Positions 13,640-28,195 of a DNA stretch of 64,000 nt are shown here, piece by piece. Position 1 is the stretch's first letter; each line of letters begins with the position of its first letter. A program made the translations under genes and the position numbers. The notes under the pieces are model-generated. The model ran no database searches and had not been told where the DNA came from. It saw only the letters and a program-made list of their open reading frames with translations. Origin of the DNA: the human T2T-CHM13v2.0 reference genome, Homo sapiens; assembly GCF_009914755.1 (NCBI RefSeq), contig NC_060927.1. One strand, 5' to 3'.

Positions 13640-14030
13640 CATTGATTCACTCAAAAATATCTATTTCTAGGTGCTATTCTAGGAGCCAGGGATACGGTAA
13701 TGGACAAGACAAAGCCTCTGTCCCCACAGAGCTTATATTCCAATGGGTGATGCAGAAGATAAGTAAGGAAATGACTATACATTCTAATTTTGGATAGAAA
13801 TAAGTGTCCTGAAGAAAAACATAACGGTATAAGGTAAATACTGAGCACTGGGCCACTCTAACGTTTGAAGTTTGGGAAGAGAAGCAGGACTCAATTTAAG
13901 GCTGTAGTAAGGAAAGGGGCAAAATCAAGAGAGGGTAAGTTCCAACAGCCCAGAGAACAAATTTCAAAGAGTGTATCACTAACGGTGTGAAATGTTTTTG
14001 AAAGCTTGAATTGTTTCAGTAAGGCTAGGA
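13640..14030 (-). mobile_element. L2 fragment
   Basis: attcactcaaaaatatct...ggtgctattctaggagccagggatacggtaatggacaagacaaag is the antisense L2 3' end. Confidence 0.7.
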
Positions 14031-14048
14031 GAACAAAATTTAAAACCC

Positions 14049-14810
14049 CATGAAAAGATGCTCCACATTATTAGTCATTAGGGAAATGCAAATCAAAACC
14101 ACACTGAGCTACTACTTCATACCCACTAGAAAGGCAATAATCAAAAGACACACAATAACAAGCGTTGGCCAGAGTGTGGAGAGCTGGAACCCTCCTACAC
14201 TACTGGGGATGTAAAATCACACAGTTACTTTGGAAAACAGTTTGGCAGTTCCTCAAAAAGTTGAACATGGAGTTACCTTGTGACTCAGAATTCTGATCCT
14301 AATACATACCCAAGACAACTGAAGACATATGTCCACACAAAAACTTGTACGCAAATGTTTACAGCAACATTATTCACAATCACCAAAAAGTATAAAAAAC
14401 TCAAATGACTATCAACTGATCAATGGTAAACAAAGTGCAGTATATGAAGACAATAGGATATGATTTGGCCATAAAAAGGAGTGATGTGCGCTGAGTGAAA
14501 GCATCATGCTCAGGGAAATAAGCCAGACAAAAACGGCCACATATTGTACCATGCCATTTACATGAAAAAGCCAAACGAGGCTGATTCATAGAGAAAGAAA
14601 GATTTGCGGTTGTGAAGAGGGATGCAGGGTAACTGCTAATGGGCACAGGGTTTCTTTTGGGTTAATGGATATGTTCTGGAATTATATAGCAGTGATGGTT
14701 GCACAACTTTGTGACAATACTAAAAGAATGAACTGTATATTTTAATAGGGTTTCTTTTATATTATGTGAATTATATCTCAATAAAGCTATTACTTAAAAA
14801 AAAAAAAAAC
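14049..14810 (+). mobile_element. L1MB-type 3' fragment (end of ORF2, 3'UTR and A tail)
   Basis: catgaaaagatgctc...agggaaatgcaaatcaaaaccaca...tgtgaattatatctcaataaagct followed by poly(A). Confidence 0.88.
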
Positions 14811-14820
14811 AAAAAACTGA

Positions 14821-15196
<376 letters not shown>

Positions 15197-15528
15197 TCAT
15201 TTTTAGAGGCTCTGCCTCTTCTGCGCTGTCTCTGCTCCTTCCACCATCTCTTTGAACACATCTCTTCTGCCCATACTCACCTGAGGATTGCCAGTGTGGT
15301 TGTATCGATATCCTTTTTCCTTGTCAGAATATATTGTAATTCAATTCTAAGGGATAGAAACATGGCTCATGGCGGGGGAAAGAGCAAGGAAGGCTGAAGA
15401 GCTACCCTGCTCCACAGCTGGTGTCCTGCAACCTCCACCAGTTGGCCCTGTGTGAATCCTTCTCCCTCACATGTGCCAATGAGCAACTGCAGAAGGCAGG
15501 TCTGATTCTAAAGAACAACAGACGATAC

Positions 15529-16551
<1,023 letters not shown>

Positions 16552-16577
16552 GATGCCTTGATATTTTTAATGCATAG

Positions 16578-16966
<389 letters not shown>

Positions 16967-17212
16967 ATCTATTGTTCTATGTTTGTATAATCACCAACAG
17001 CTCTCAACTTGGAATAACCAAATGTAATGTAACAATAAGATTGTTTCCATTTGCTGAATATCAACATCAAAAACTTACAGCATAGAAAATCTGGAAGAGA
17101 CAGAAAAACACATAGGAGAAAATTTAGATCACCAGTTAATCTCACTACCAAGCAATAACAATCCTTTTCTTCATGTAGAGTGATACAAATATGATACACG
17201 CTTTTTTTTTTT

Positions 17213-17670
17213 TTTAGTCTCAATTGCCCCAGACAAAAACCCTGAAGCAAGGATGAGAGTGCAAGTAGTTTATTTGGTGGATGATCCCTGGAAACACGAG
17301 TAAGGGAAGGAAACAAGAAAGGAAAGGAGGCCAATATAGGATGTGTGATCAAGTGAGTTATTATTTCATGTGACTGGAGCTTATAAAACCTGCTAGAGAA
17401 CTCTGAGAACCAGTGAAGAATATGCATCCCAGAGTTATCCCAGCCAAGGTGTGAGGGAACTAGCGTATTCATACACCAACTTTTGTCCTCACTGGTTGAG
17501 AACTGCTCCTGGGGAGACATCAATACTCCAGCACTTCTGCCTTCTCCCACCTGGAGAGTGAGAAAAGCCAGGTTTCCAGGGCCAGTCAGATGCAAGTCAG
17601 GCTAGGTAGGATGCATTGCAGCCATGGTGGGTGGGGGTAACACAATGTGGGCAGAGCACAGACCCCACTT
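17213..17670 (-). mobile_element. LTR16-like ERVL LTR
   Basis: accctgaagcaaggatgagagtgcaagtagtttatttgg...cagagttatccca...actggttgagaactgctcctgggg. Confidence 0.6.
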
Positions 17671-20600
17671 GTAGCAATGCTTTGCACAGTGCTGTCTCAT
17701 TTCTGACACCTGGAGTCTCATAATTTGCTGCTGAACCGAAAGTTCAAGTATTTAGTCTCCTTTTCATGGGTGAGATACCAGACAGATAAAGATCTGGTTA
17801 GAGGTTCTTAAACTGCAAATCCCAAAGCCCTAGAGCTTCCAGAACAAGCCTGGTATGGCCAAGGAGCAGCTCATGATGGAAGTAAGAATGGGGCACCAGA
17901 AAGGGCGGCAGGCTTCAGTTCCCCCTCTGTGATTCAAACAGAGCAGCTCTGTTTTATCTGTTTCTATGTTGGGATCCCATGCACGATTTCATTTGCAAAA
18001 AGAATTTATTACTAAAACAAACAAACAGAAAATCTTTGAAAACTACTAGGATTAGAATTAGGAAACGTTGGGGGGTGGTAAGAGTGATTAATTTCTTCAT
18101 TTCACAGAAGAGGAGAGTGGCTTTTAGAAGACCAATAACAAAGCAATGGCAGGGCTGGGACTGGAACCTTGAGAACCCCGAAACCCTGACTTGTGTTCCA
18201 GTGCTTTCTACCTCATCTTGCCCAACCTACCTTTCCCAGATCTCAGAAAGGTAGAAGCCCCTACAATTAAGCAGTTTGGTGTTCAGTCACTGGAGATGGG
18301 TGGCCAAGGTTCAGATCCTACCTATTCTTTTGACTGAGTCAATTCCTTAACTTCTTTCATATTCCTTCATTTATCAAGTGGGCATAAAACCAGTATCCCA
18401 ACGCATAAGACTTTTATACCGATTATGTGAAATACATAGGTAAAGTGCTTAAGCTAATGCTGCACATTCTGAATATTCAGTCAATTCCAGCAGTGACTAT
18501 ATTACAGGACATTAGTTTTAAAAATAATTTTGACAACCTGCTTCTGTTCTAAACCAGAAGGCTTAATTCTACGGTGAGCCTTGCTGAATGTATTCTACTT
18601 CATCCAGACCATCACCAACCCCAAAGCTGTGTGTTCTACATGGCTGGATTTTGCCTTTCTTGATTTGGGGAGGCCTCATCTTCTGCAACTAAGTCGAGTC
18701 AAGGGTCAGCATGAAATTACTGACAGCCACTTAGTTCTAAAATAAATGTCACTGGAAGTAATGCCACTTACAGGACTTTGAGGATACCTCAGCATGATCA
18801 ACTCAAGAATCAAATTAGTGGCCTGTCAAAATGCACAGGCACACTGATGGTTTCTGATGCTACTGTCAATGAGCTCCTTCACTTAGAATATTAGCAATGC
18901 TCAGGCAGTTGGTATGCCTTTCAGGAAACAGAGGAAACATAGTGCTTTTCATGTGTTCAAAGTGTCCCAATCAAGTTGGGAAACTTCGAGGAAAAAAATA
19001 AAATAAAAAAAAATTCAGTTTAAACAAAAAAAATAAACAGAAAACACCTCCTAGAATTTGTGGAGACTCTGTTGAGTTTCGTGGCTTAACAATTGTGTTT
19101 TTAAGCCATACATCACTGGTGGTGCTCCAATTGTGAGTTATAATAATATATCATAAGAGGGATGGTGATCTCCTGATATATGGGTGCCATACATCATCTA
19201 AGCACCATGGCTTTGATGATGTATTGCTCCAAGCCACAATGAGAGTTTAAAGGAGCTTTTAGCAGCCAGACAGCTTTAAATTTCAAATTTTCAAAAATTA
19301 AGATCTTTTCAAGTAAAAAAAAAGCAAGATAATGGAATGTGATGCTATATAAAGTGTCACTGAACTCTGAGAGCCTGGGTATATGCCTTTTCCTTTTGGC
19401 TTTGAGCTCACAAGGTGGAAATCATTGGCAAGTTCTTCTTCAATTCCTCCTCCATGAGCACAGAGGTGAGCAAGTGTCAATGCATCCATTTTGCCAATCA
19501 ATTTCCCCCATCTTCCACACTGCAAGCCTGAGTAGCTCATCATCATCCCAAAGACTGGATCACATAAAATGCTGTGATAGGCACTGGATAAACCCAGGAG
19601 AAGTTATTTTTTATTTTTTATTTTTTGGTTTGTTTTAAAGAGCTCTTCCACTGAGATTCAGAACAAAAAGAACAGATAAAAAGTAGATAGACTTCCTTCC
19701 TCATTGCTCTCAAACTCAAAACAGGGCATGTAGGAAGAAAACATGCCTTGTCTAGCATTTGTCTTTGTAAAGCAAAGGAAGCATTGATTGCAGATGAGGA
19801 GAAAGAGGGGAATGGCATATGGGCTTCTCATCCAGACTAGGAAAGGGAGCTGTTGTCATAGTTCTGTCACCTTTCCTATTTTAACGATGGGTTTATAAGA
19901 CGGTAATGTGGCTTATGAGAATGTACCCACTTCGTTTAAAAGCCACTCACTTTTGGGGGCAAAGTAATCACAATCAATTAAGAAAACAGGTGTTGAGAGA
20001 ACTCCTCCCTTTTTTTTTTAAATCCTACTGCAATAAACAGAACAAAATGAGAAATCTTCCTACTGTTTCTGTAATAGACCTAAACAGGAACAGTGAGAGA
20101 CGATTACACTTCAAGTGGCTTCTTCCATTTTCCTTTACTAAGTGAATTAAAGGAAAGAATAAGAGTAGTTACTGCCATGTGGAGGGAAACATCTGGGCAT
20201 AAGGAATTAACAGTCTTCCCTCCCATTCTCCTATCTCTAATTTTTTGCTCCTTGGGCTTCCTCCAGTAGATTCTAAGTCCCAAATTACTGTAGATATTTT
20301 GCACCCGGCTCCCTCCTTGACCACTTCCAAAGGGCAAAAACATCTTATTTCCACCAAAGAAAACCAATGGCTGTCTCAAAAAGAAGTCCCAGGCTTCTTT
20401 TCTCCTGTAGTAGTAAGTTAACTATATAATCTGGGTAACAAAGACATGGAAATAAATGCATCACCCACTATTCTGAGGCTGTCAGTTGAAAGATGTGAAT
20501 GAGGCAGGCTTTGCATCTAGAGAAATGTGGGTTCTTTCACGGGCTGGTAAATAAATCCCCCAAATTCAGTCCTCTTCTTCTCTATAAAGAGAATACTGAC

Positions 20601-20975
20601 ACAACACTTAATTATTTCTTTCACATAAGCCAAAAAGCTTTACTTACGTATTTATAGTAATAGCACACCATTCATCCACCCACCATTTTTAAGTCATTAT
20701 CAGTTATAAAACTTGCTGCCATTTACATAAGAATATTATATGTTGGAATGGTACTTAGTACTGTATATTATCACATCCTCACCGAAACACTAAAAAATAG
20801 AAACTGTTGTCTCCTTTTTTTTCAGTAAGCACACTGATGCTTACTGGAATTAAATAAATTGTGCAAGCTCACCAAGCTGGCAAAAGTGGCCGAGTTAAGA
20901 TTCTAAGTCAGGTTGATAGGATGTCAAGCGTAATCTGTATTTTGCTATGCTCCTTCCTGAGTAAATAACTAATGT

Positions 20976-21116
20976 CTGGGTGACCATATGCCCCAGTCTG
21001 TTTGGAACCATCCAGCTTTAGGCCTGCAGGTATGAACAGGCCAGTGTAATAACAAACAGCATCTTCTTTCACTCTCCTAAGTTCTGCTGTGGACAATAAA
21101 TTATATGGTCTCCCTA
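20976..21116 (+). mobile_element. MER94-like hAT-Blackjack MITE
   Basis: Terminal inverted repeats gggtgaccatat...atatggtctccc and internal ggacaataaattatatgg. Confidence 0.7.
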
Positions 21117-21903
21117 ACTAGTAGTATAGTTCATGCCAGGAAATTTTATTTCTGCTCATTCTAACTATTCTCATCTGCAGATAGCAGGGGAAAAACAAAG
21201 AAGAAAGGAAAGAAAGAAGGCTCTGTGAAAGTTTTTAAAGAATGGGCTACTAACTCTTATCTATCAATACCTTTCATGAAACCTCCAACATGTTCAGAGT
21301 AGAGCTCTGGGAGGGAAAAGAAATACTTTAGACTAAAACAGGGCCCCTCAAGCTCTAAAGAAAAAACCTCAAGCATGCTAGAAACCTCTCCAGTTGAGCA
21401 TTCTTTACTTATTATCATCACAAGAGGCAACGGTAATAGCTGTTGCTATTTATTATGCTCTTACTATATGCCAGGCACCATATGCCAGGAACTGAGCTAA
21501 GCACTTTCTTTGTAAGATCTCAATTATTTATCATAAAACTGCATGATAGATATAATCCAAATTATTATCATCATTAATTTATAGATGAAGAAACTAAGGC
21601 CGAGGAACGTGGAATGAGGAGGTCTGCCCGATTCCAACATCCAAGTGTGATACTACTATCAACACTCTGGTACAGTTGAACACAGCCTAGTAAAAGTTCT
21701 AAGCCCACTGCCCCTGCACCCCCTGCTATTCAACCTTATGATAGTAAGCTCTTCTGCAAGAGGGGCCCATTAGAGAGAATGGACTTCTAACAAATTGAGA
21801 TCAATCTTGTACAAATATTCTGTATTATCTTTTGGCTTCTGATTGGTTTTCAGTGACATAACAGCTTTAAATTCTTAAAGCTATTTAATGAGAAGAGAAT
21901 AGA

Positions 21904-22280
21904 TGTATTAGTCTGTTCTCACACTGCTAATAAAGACATACCTGAGACTGGGTGATTTATAAAGGAAAGAGGTTTAATTGACTCACAGTTCCACCTGGCT
22001 AGGGAGGCCTCAGGAAACTTACAATCATGGCAGAAGGGGAAGCAAACATATCCTTCTTCACATGGGGGCAGCAAGGAGAAGAATGAGTGCCCAGTGAAGG
22101 GGAATCCCCTTATAAAACTATCAGATCTCATGAGAACTAACTCAGTATCATGAGAACACGATGGGGGAAACTGCCCCCATGATTCAATTTTCTCCACCTG
22201 GTCCCACCCATGACACATGGGGATTATGGGAACTACAATTCAAGATGAGATTTGGGTGCGGATGCAGCCAAACCATATCA
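21904..22280 (-). mobile_element. THE1 (C/D-like) MaLR solo LTR, same orientation as FHIT
   Basis: Minus strand TGATATGGTTTGGCTG...GAGAACAGACTAATACA with TG/CA ends. TSD ataga / gtaga. Confidence 0.92.
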
Positions 22281-22958
22281 GTAGAATTTATAATCACTGC
22301 CTCTAGAGAAGCTGACAAACCTAGCCAACAGCTATAAAACCAGGATAACTCCAGATGTAGGGCTCTCAGATGAGGTCATCTCTACTGCCTTGGGTTATGG
22401 ACAGGTAGAACCCTGGGAAGACCATTCCAAGATAGAGTCTTCCTGTTCAGTTAGACATGCAGGAGCTCAGAGGTTCTTGTAAAATTGGTTCTGCTTGCTG
22501 CTGGGTGGGAAGGGACAGTGCCTTAGTAATGTCTCCATCTGAAAACGTATGAAAGTTTCAAAATGACTTTTAGGAGATACAGAGGATGTTTCAAGATTTG
22601 TCACCCTTGTGCTTCTCAGCTGTTGTTGTAGTCACGGAGTTTATAGTACATGTGCTTGGTAGAAAAAATTATAAGTGTTCTTCCTTCCATGTGGAGTTCC
22701 TTTCTCTTTCCTTTTCTTCCTCTGAGTTTTAAAGAGCATGCTCAAATGCCACCTCCTTTGTGTACTCTTCAGACTCTTTCAGGCTTTTCTGATTCATTAT
22801 ACATATGTCCATGACAGCTTTTTACCACAAAGTATAAGTAATTACAGGTTTTCTCTTCCACTAGTCTGGAACTCTGGGCTATTTATTACTTATTTTTCCC
22901 CTGATTATTTCTTTTCCCTAACCCTAGGTTCCTAGGTTAGAAGACATATTTTCTAAAT

Positions 22959-23127
22959 GTTGAATGGATGGATGAATGGATGGATGGGTGGGGTGGATGG
23001 GTGATGGATGGGTGAATGGATGGGTGGATGGATGAATAGATGGATGAGTGGGTGGGTGGATGGGTGGGTAGCTAGGTACATGAGTGGGAATGTGGACAGA
23101 TAGGTGCATGGATGGATGAATGGATGG
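22959..23127. repeat. (TGGA/TGGG)n simple repeat, probably grown from an L2 3' tail
   Basis: tgaatggatggatgaatggatggatgggtgggg... Confidence 0.9.
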
Positions 23128-25409
23128 TTAAAAAATAGACAACTACACTGCTCTTAATTTCTTAGCTTGCTTAAAAGAAGAAATATATGCACTGATTTTC
23201 TTCGCCATTCTTGTCATTTTCTTTTGCTTGAAAGTTCTTGTGCATACAAAGATATGGTCTATGAAGAGCCATTATGATCACATTGTACACACCTTTCTTC
23301 CCCATTGAAAAGTATCTTTTTACCAAAATGTAAGTTTGAAGTTCTTGTGTTTCTAGCCTCACATAAATCCCTTTTAAAAAACTCCTCAGATATGCTCAAG
23401 TGTCTGGAGAAATAGCTTATCCTAAAAACAGTCAGCATTGCAAGGGTTGCCAAGGGGATATATTTGTTCTTCAGTATTAACTTCATTAAGAGCTACTGTG
23501 GTTCTCTCTCAGGAGAGAAGAAGAAACCTAACCTTTCTTTGGATATCTTCTGATCTTTACAAATTATTTCCAGGGTGCTGTCTTTGTTAGACAAAATATG
23601 AAGAATATCTATTTTTTTATTTATACATCATATCAGAACATTAATTTGTAGAGTGATTCCCTCTGGGTGCCTTTCTGTTGGGTACACAAAAAAGGATTTG
23701 GATGCAAATGAAACAATGATAGCATTTTTCCTTGTCTTACTCATTTTGTGACAAATGCACATTGCTTTACTGTTTGCTATACACATAATTACAGTTCTTT
23801 AATTTATGTTTCAATAAAATGTATAATAATAAACATTTACTGCTCCATGAATAAACATTCGAGTGAAGCCTCTAATGGAGGTTACATGTTTCGAGGCAGC
23901 TCTGTGGCTTTTTCAGAAATCTGCCTTCTACTTAATGAGCATCATTTCCATAATCTGTGCATTATTGCTTAAGCCTCCCTTTAAAACATTTCAAAATGCA
24001 AAAATTTGTGAAATATGATCAGTCCAAAGGGGAAAAAATGTTAAGGGAATTAGCAACTTGTCCTGTTAAAGGGACAGGACAAGCTTTCATGTCCCTCCAG
24101 AGACAGTAACATAGTAATTATGGAGACAGCACTTCCTAATTATCTCACTAGCTGAGCGCAATACTACTGTGGTTTTTGCCTCTAAGATCTGGTTTAAATA
24201 AAAGTGATAAGAAACCTGGAGAGGTCAGCCATGAAGGACAAGCTTGTGCTAATTCTCTTTCCAGTGCTAACAAAGAAACCAGAAAGTAGAACCAGAAATT
24301 TGGGGAAGGTCAAGATACCTGTGGTATGGACATTCCTGGATGTAGAGACAGACAAATGGTTTGATTAAAACGGTCACCCCAAAGTAACTGAATTCAGACA
24401 AAAGCCTATGCTGAGCTTTATGTCGATGGTGTCACACATTATTTTCAGTGTGTTATTTCTTAGGAAAATTACTTACATAATTTTATGTCATTATCACTTT
24501 AAAAGGTTAATCTATTTCAGATAATCTTTGCAAATTGTGTTCTAAAAAGCAGGTGCTTTTAAAAATAACTAAAACATGATGACATATTTCTTTTTTCTTT
24601 GTCCAACAGCCATGGCTGGGTTGTTTAACTAGAGAGAAAAAAAGATGCCAGGAGAAATGAAGGAACAAAGGACCCTTCACAGTGTGATAAGATACAGATA
24701 GTCAGCCTCTGCAGAGCGGTGATGAAATGTGTTAAAAGTGATGGCTGTCACTTCATGACATGTCAGCGTGCTTTATTGGTGGGTTGGCACAATTTATTTA
24801 AACATCGTCAGGAGGGACTCATTTTGGTGTAGTTAGAAGTTGTGTTTCTTTAGTGTGAATAAATATCTCTGGGCCCACGTGCAACATTTTAAAACTGTGC
24901 TGTTGTTTACTGTGGGAATTGGAGCAAGGAGCTAAGAGTTCCAAAGTGAAGCTCTCCTTCTCCCACCATTTTATGATTTGCTATAAGTAATTTGCTCCTT
25001 GCTTTGACCGTTACTACAAAATCTTTCAAAGGAACATTATTCTCCTTAACAGGGGCTAAATTTAAGATTTTTCATCATTCAATATTGCTATTTTCACATG
25101 TGACTTCAACAAAATAAAACATTCGGCATAAATAGAATTTAGTGTAATCCAAATCCTGCTTTTCTCTTGGTACATATGCTTTGTTGCTTCTTGACATTCC
25201 TGAATTACAAAGTATTAAGCAGAATCATCTTTTTAAGGGTTACATTTTCCTTCTAACTCAAGTGAGCAGGTATTTACGTCAAAGTCACACATTTAAAAAT
25301 GACATCCTCTTCCAGCATGGGGCAAATCTCAACCTACAGGGCTGCCAAGTGGAGCTGCAACTTTTTGCAAGGGTTCTACCCAGATGTGCTACAAGTCCAT
25401 ATTACCTTT

Positions 25410-26050
25410 GAAATCACCATCTTGTAAAGATATCTGCACCCTCATGTCCACTGCAGCATTATCTATAGTAGTGAAGATATACAAACAATGTAAATGTCCA
25501 TCAAAGGACAAACAGATTAAAAAATGGTATATAATAAATACAATGAATATTATTCGGCCTTAAAAATTAAGAGATTCTGTCATTTGCGCCAACAAGGATG
25601 AACCTGGAAGACATACACTAAGTGAAATAAACCAGACACAGAAAGAAAAATATGACATGATCTTACTTAAATGTGGAATCTTCAAGTAAAATATATAGAG
25701 ATAGAGAATAAAACAGTGGTTATCAGACTGCGGTGGAGGTTGGGAGGGCAGAATGGGGAGATACAGGTCAGAGAATAGTAAGCAGCAGATTTGTAGGAAG
25801 AACCAGTCTAGAGATCTAACATACAACATGAAGACTGCAGGTAAAACTGTACTGTATTTGGGATTCCTGCCAAATGAGTATACTTTAGTTGCCCTTGTCA
25901 CAAAAACAAACACCCAAAAAAGTGAGTAACTATGTGAGATGATGAATATGTGAATTTGCTTCATTATAGTAACTATTTTACTATTTTGTATATATGTCTT
26001 AACACCATGTTGTATACCTCAAATACACACAATAAAATTTATTTAAAAAC
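25410..26050 (+). mobile_element. L1MA-type 3' fragment
   Basis: gatatctgcaccctcatgt...gagattctgtcatttgc...ggatgaacctggaagaca...cacaataaaattt. Confidence 0.88.
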
Positions 26051-27349
26051 CAACGAAAAAGCACATTCCCTTCATAAATGAGATTCTTTTCAAAATAAGT
26101 TTGAAAATATACATTGTAAAATATACTAGAAAAACCACCCCCTAACTAACTCCCCACAACCCAGGAGCTCTGATTTGATAGCTTAAGACAGGATAAATGA
26201 CTCCGATTAGGACAATGAGCCCCAGTTTTATGGGGACCTCCTAAATCATATCTCGGTTTGGGTCTAGAATGATGGTGCTGGGAGCACCCAGAGAGCTGCA
26301 TATCATCTCAGCCTGGCTTCCACACAGGGAGCCAGAGAGATTTATGGGGCCCTGTCTGGTGGCTTTGAGGCACAAACGATGAATACTGCTAAAGCAATAA
26401 CAATAAAAGAGGCAACAGACAGTGGGGGAAGCCCCAGCACCAACCCTCATTTTTCTCATAATATACTCTGTTGTACAATGAGACAGAGTGATTCCATAGG
26501 TACCAGCCAGAAATTACATGAAAAATTGATCATGTTTCTTTTTCTGGGTGATATCAGTGATTGAGGCCCTTGATTTATGCTGGCCAAACTTTTTCAGTGC
26601 AGAATGGAACCCTTCCTAACTTCAGTCTCCGTGGCTCACACAGACTGGCCATTAACAGAAGACACACTGCATCATACCATTTAGTCAGGACCCTACACTA
26701 ACAGAGGGAACTGCAGCAGAGTCTTAATAGCAACTCCAATTTGCCAGGAATCTCACCACAGATCAGAAATTTACAGTGGCGGAGACCTTTTAGGAACTTT
26801 CAGCATGGATGCTCCCTCAAGGTGTGGGTCAGAATTTGCGGCGCAGGAGGTGAGGTGAGGTGAATAGTTTATAATGATTTTTCTATGCCTTTTAACCTTT
26901 GGAATTAACATTTGGTCAAGAAAGCCAATTGAAGGCTAAGTGTGTACTTGACATGTGAAAAAATGAATGTGTCTTCTAGGCGTTGGCTTAGGACACTGCT
27001 GAGCCCTGGCTACAGCCAACTCAGGCTTAACTCATTAAGGTGATTAGCCAACAATCAATTCTTTAAAATTAGTAACATAAAACAGGCCATACCAGGCTCA
27101 TGGATATAAAATTTGGGTATCAAGTTTTGCTCCAGAGAAATGTCACACCCTCACCGGCAAAAAGTCTATAGAGGTAGGGAGTGTCACAGGTAAGGTTGAG
27201 TTAATGAGACATCCTCTAGCTGGCATGAATGTGTAAAGTGCGCTCCATGGTCATACATCCAGCAAGTCAGGATTTCACAGCAAGCACAGCTTTCACTTTA
27301 AGCTAAGTGACATGGAAGGTTCAGGTCCTTAACCTTAGGTCACGGGATG

Positions 27350-27570
27350 ACAATATACAGAATCTGCAGCTTGACAGCCTGGGCTTAATTCCTAGTCCTG
27401 CCACTTTCCAGCTGTGGGACCTGAGATAGTCAACACCTCAGAGCTTCAGATTTCTTGTTTGTAAAATGAACCCATCTCAGAGGGTTGCTGTGAGGATCAA
27501 ATTGGTTAGTACTGCAAAATACCCAGACTAGTACTTGGAACTTAGTAAGCATAGATGTAAGGTGTTTGCA
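27350..27570 (+). mobile_element. MIR
   Basis: cagcctgggcttaattcctagtcctgccact...tgtaaaatg...tctcagagggttgctgtgaggatcaaat. Confidence 0.75.
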
Positions 27571-27934
27571 GCTATCATTGCTGCTGCCGCTGCCACGATT
27601 ATTAGTACTACAACTACTTAACCACAAAATCTGTGCTACTTGACCACAACATCTTTCAGTTAAAAAAAATTCACAATTTATTTTTTTAATTTAACTTTCT
27701 CTTAAGGACTTTACCATTGTTTTAAAAATTATTCTACTGAAGTCTAATTTACTAAATGGGAACAGGTAGAAGAACCATTCTCCTAAAAACTAATGTGGAG
27801 TCAATATACTTATCCTGGGCATGAAGAAACCCTGGAGCTTCCAAAGAACACAGTGTGAAAAACTTTGCTTGGGGAGGGAGATGGAAGGCAGAGAACGAGG
27901 GTTTCTCCCACTGGGGTACAAATCCTTAGGAAGT

Positions 27935-28195
27935 GGAGCTTGGTGATTAAGAGCATCGAGCTCTAAAGTCAGATGAGCTGGGATGAAATCCCCACCCCAA
28001 CTTTCATTTCCTGTGTGACCTGTGAAGGCAGTCGAATATCTTAATTCTTTGGGTTCTATATTTATAAAATGCAGATAATAAAGTCTATTCTTCAAAGGGC
28101 TTCTGAGAGGATTAAATGAAATAATACATGAAAACCTCTTAGCACCGCCCCTGGCACCATTAGAAAATGCCTTATAAATGTAAGCTGCTCTTCTA
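27935..28195 (+). mobile_element. MIR
   Basis: ggtgattaagagcatcgagctctaaagtcaga...tgtgtgacc...gagaggattaaatgaaataatacatgaaa. Confidence 0.75.

Noticed and set aside
16969-17595. Longest ORF in the window (208 aa)
   Set aside because: Runs through an LTR16-like element, an A tract and adjacent repeat-like sequence; no recognisable domain.
22924-23127. His/Pro-rich ORF or CRISPR-like array
   Set aside because: A simple (TGGA)n repeat with no repeat-spacer structure.
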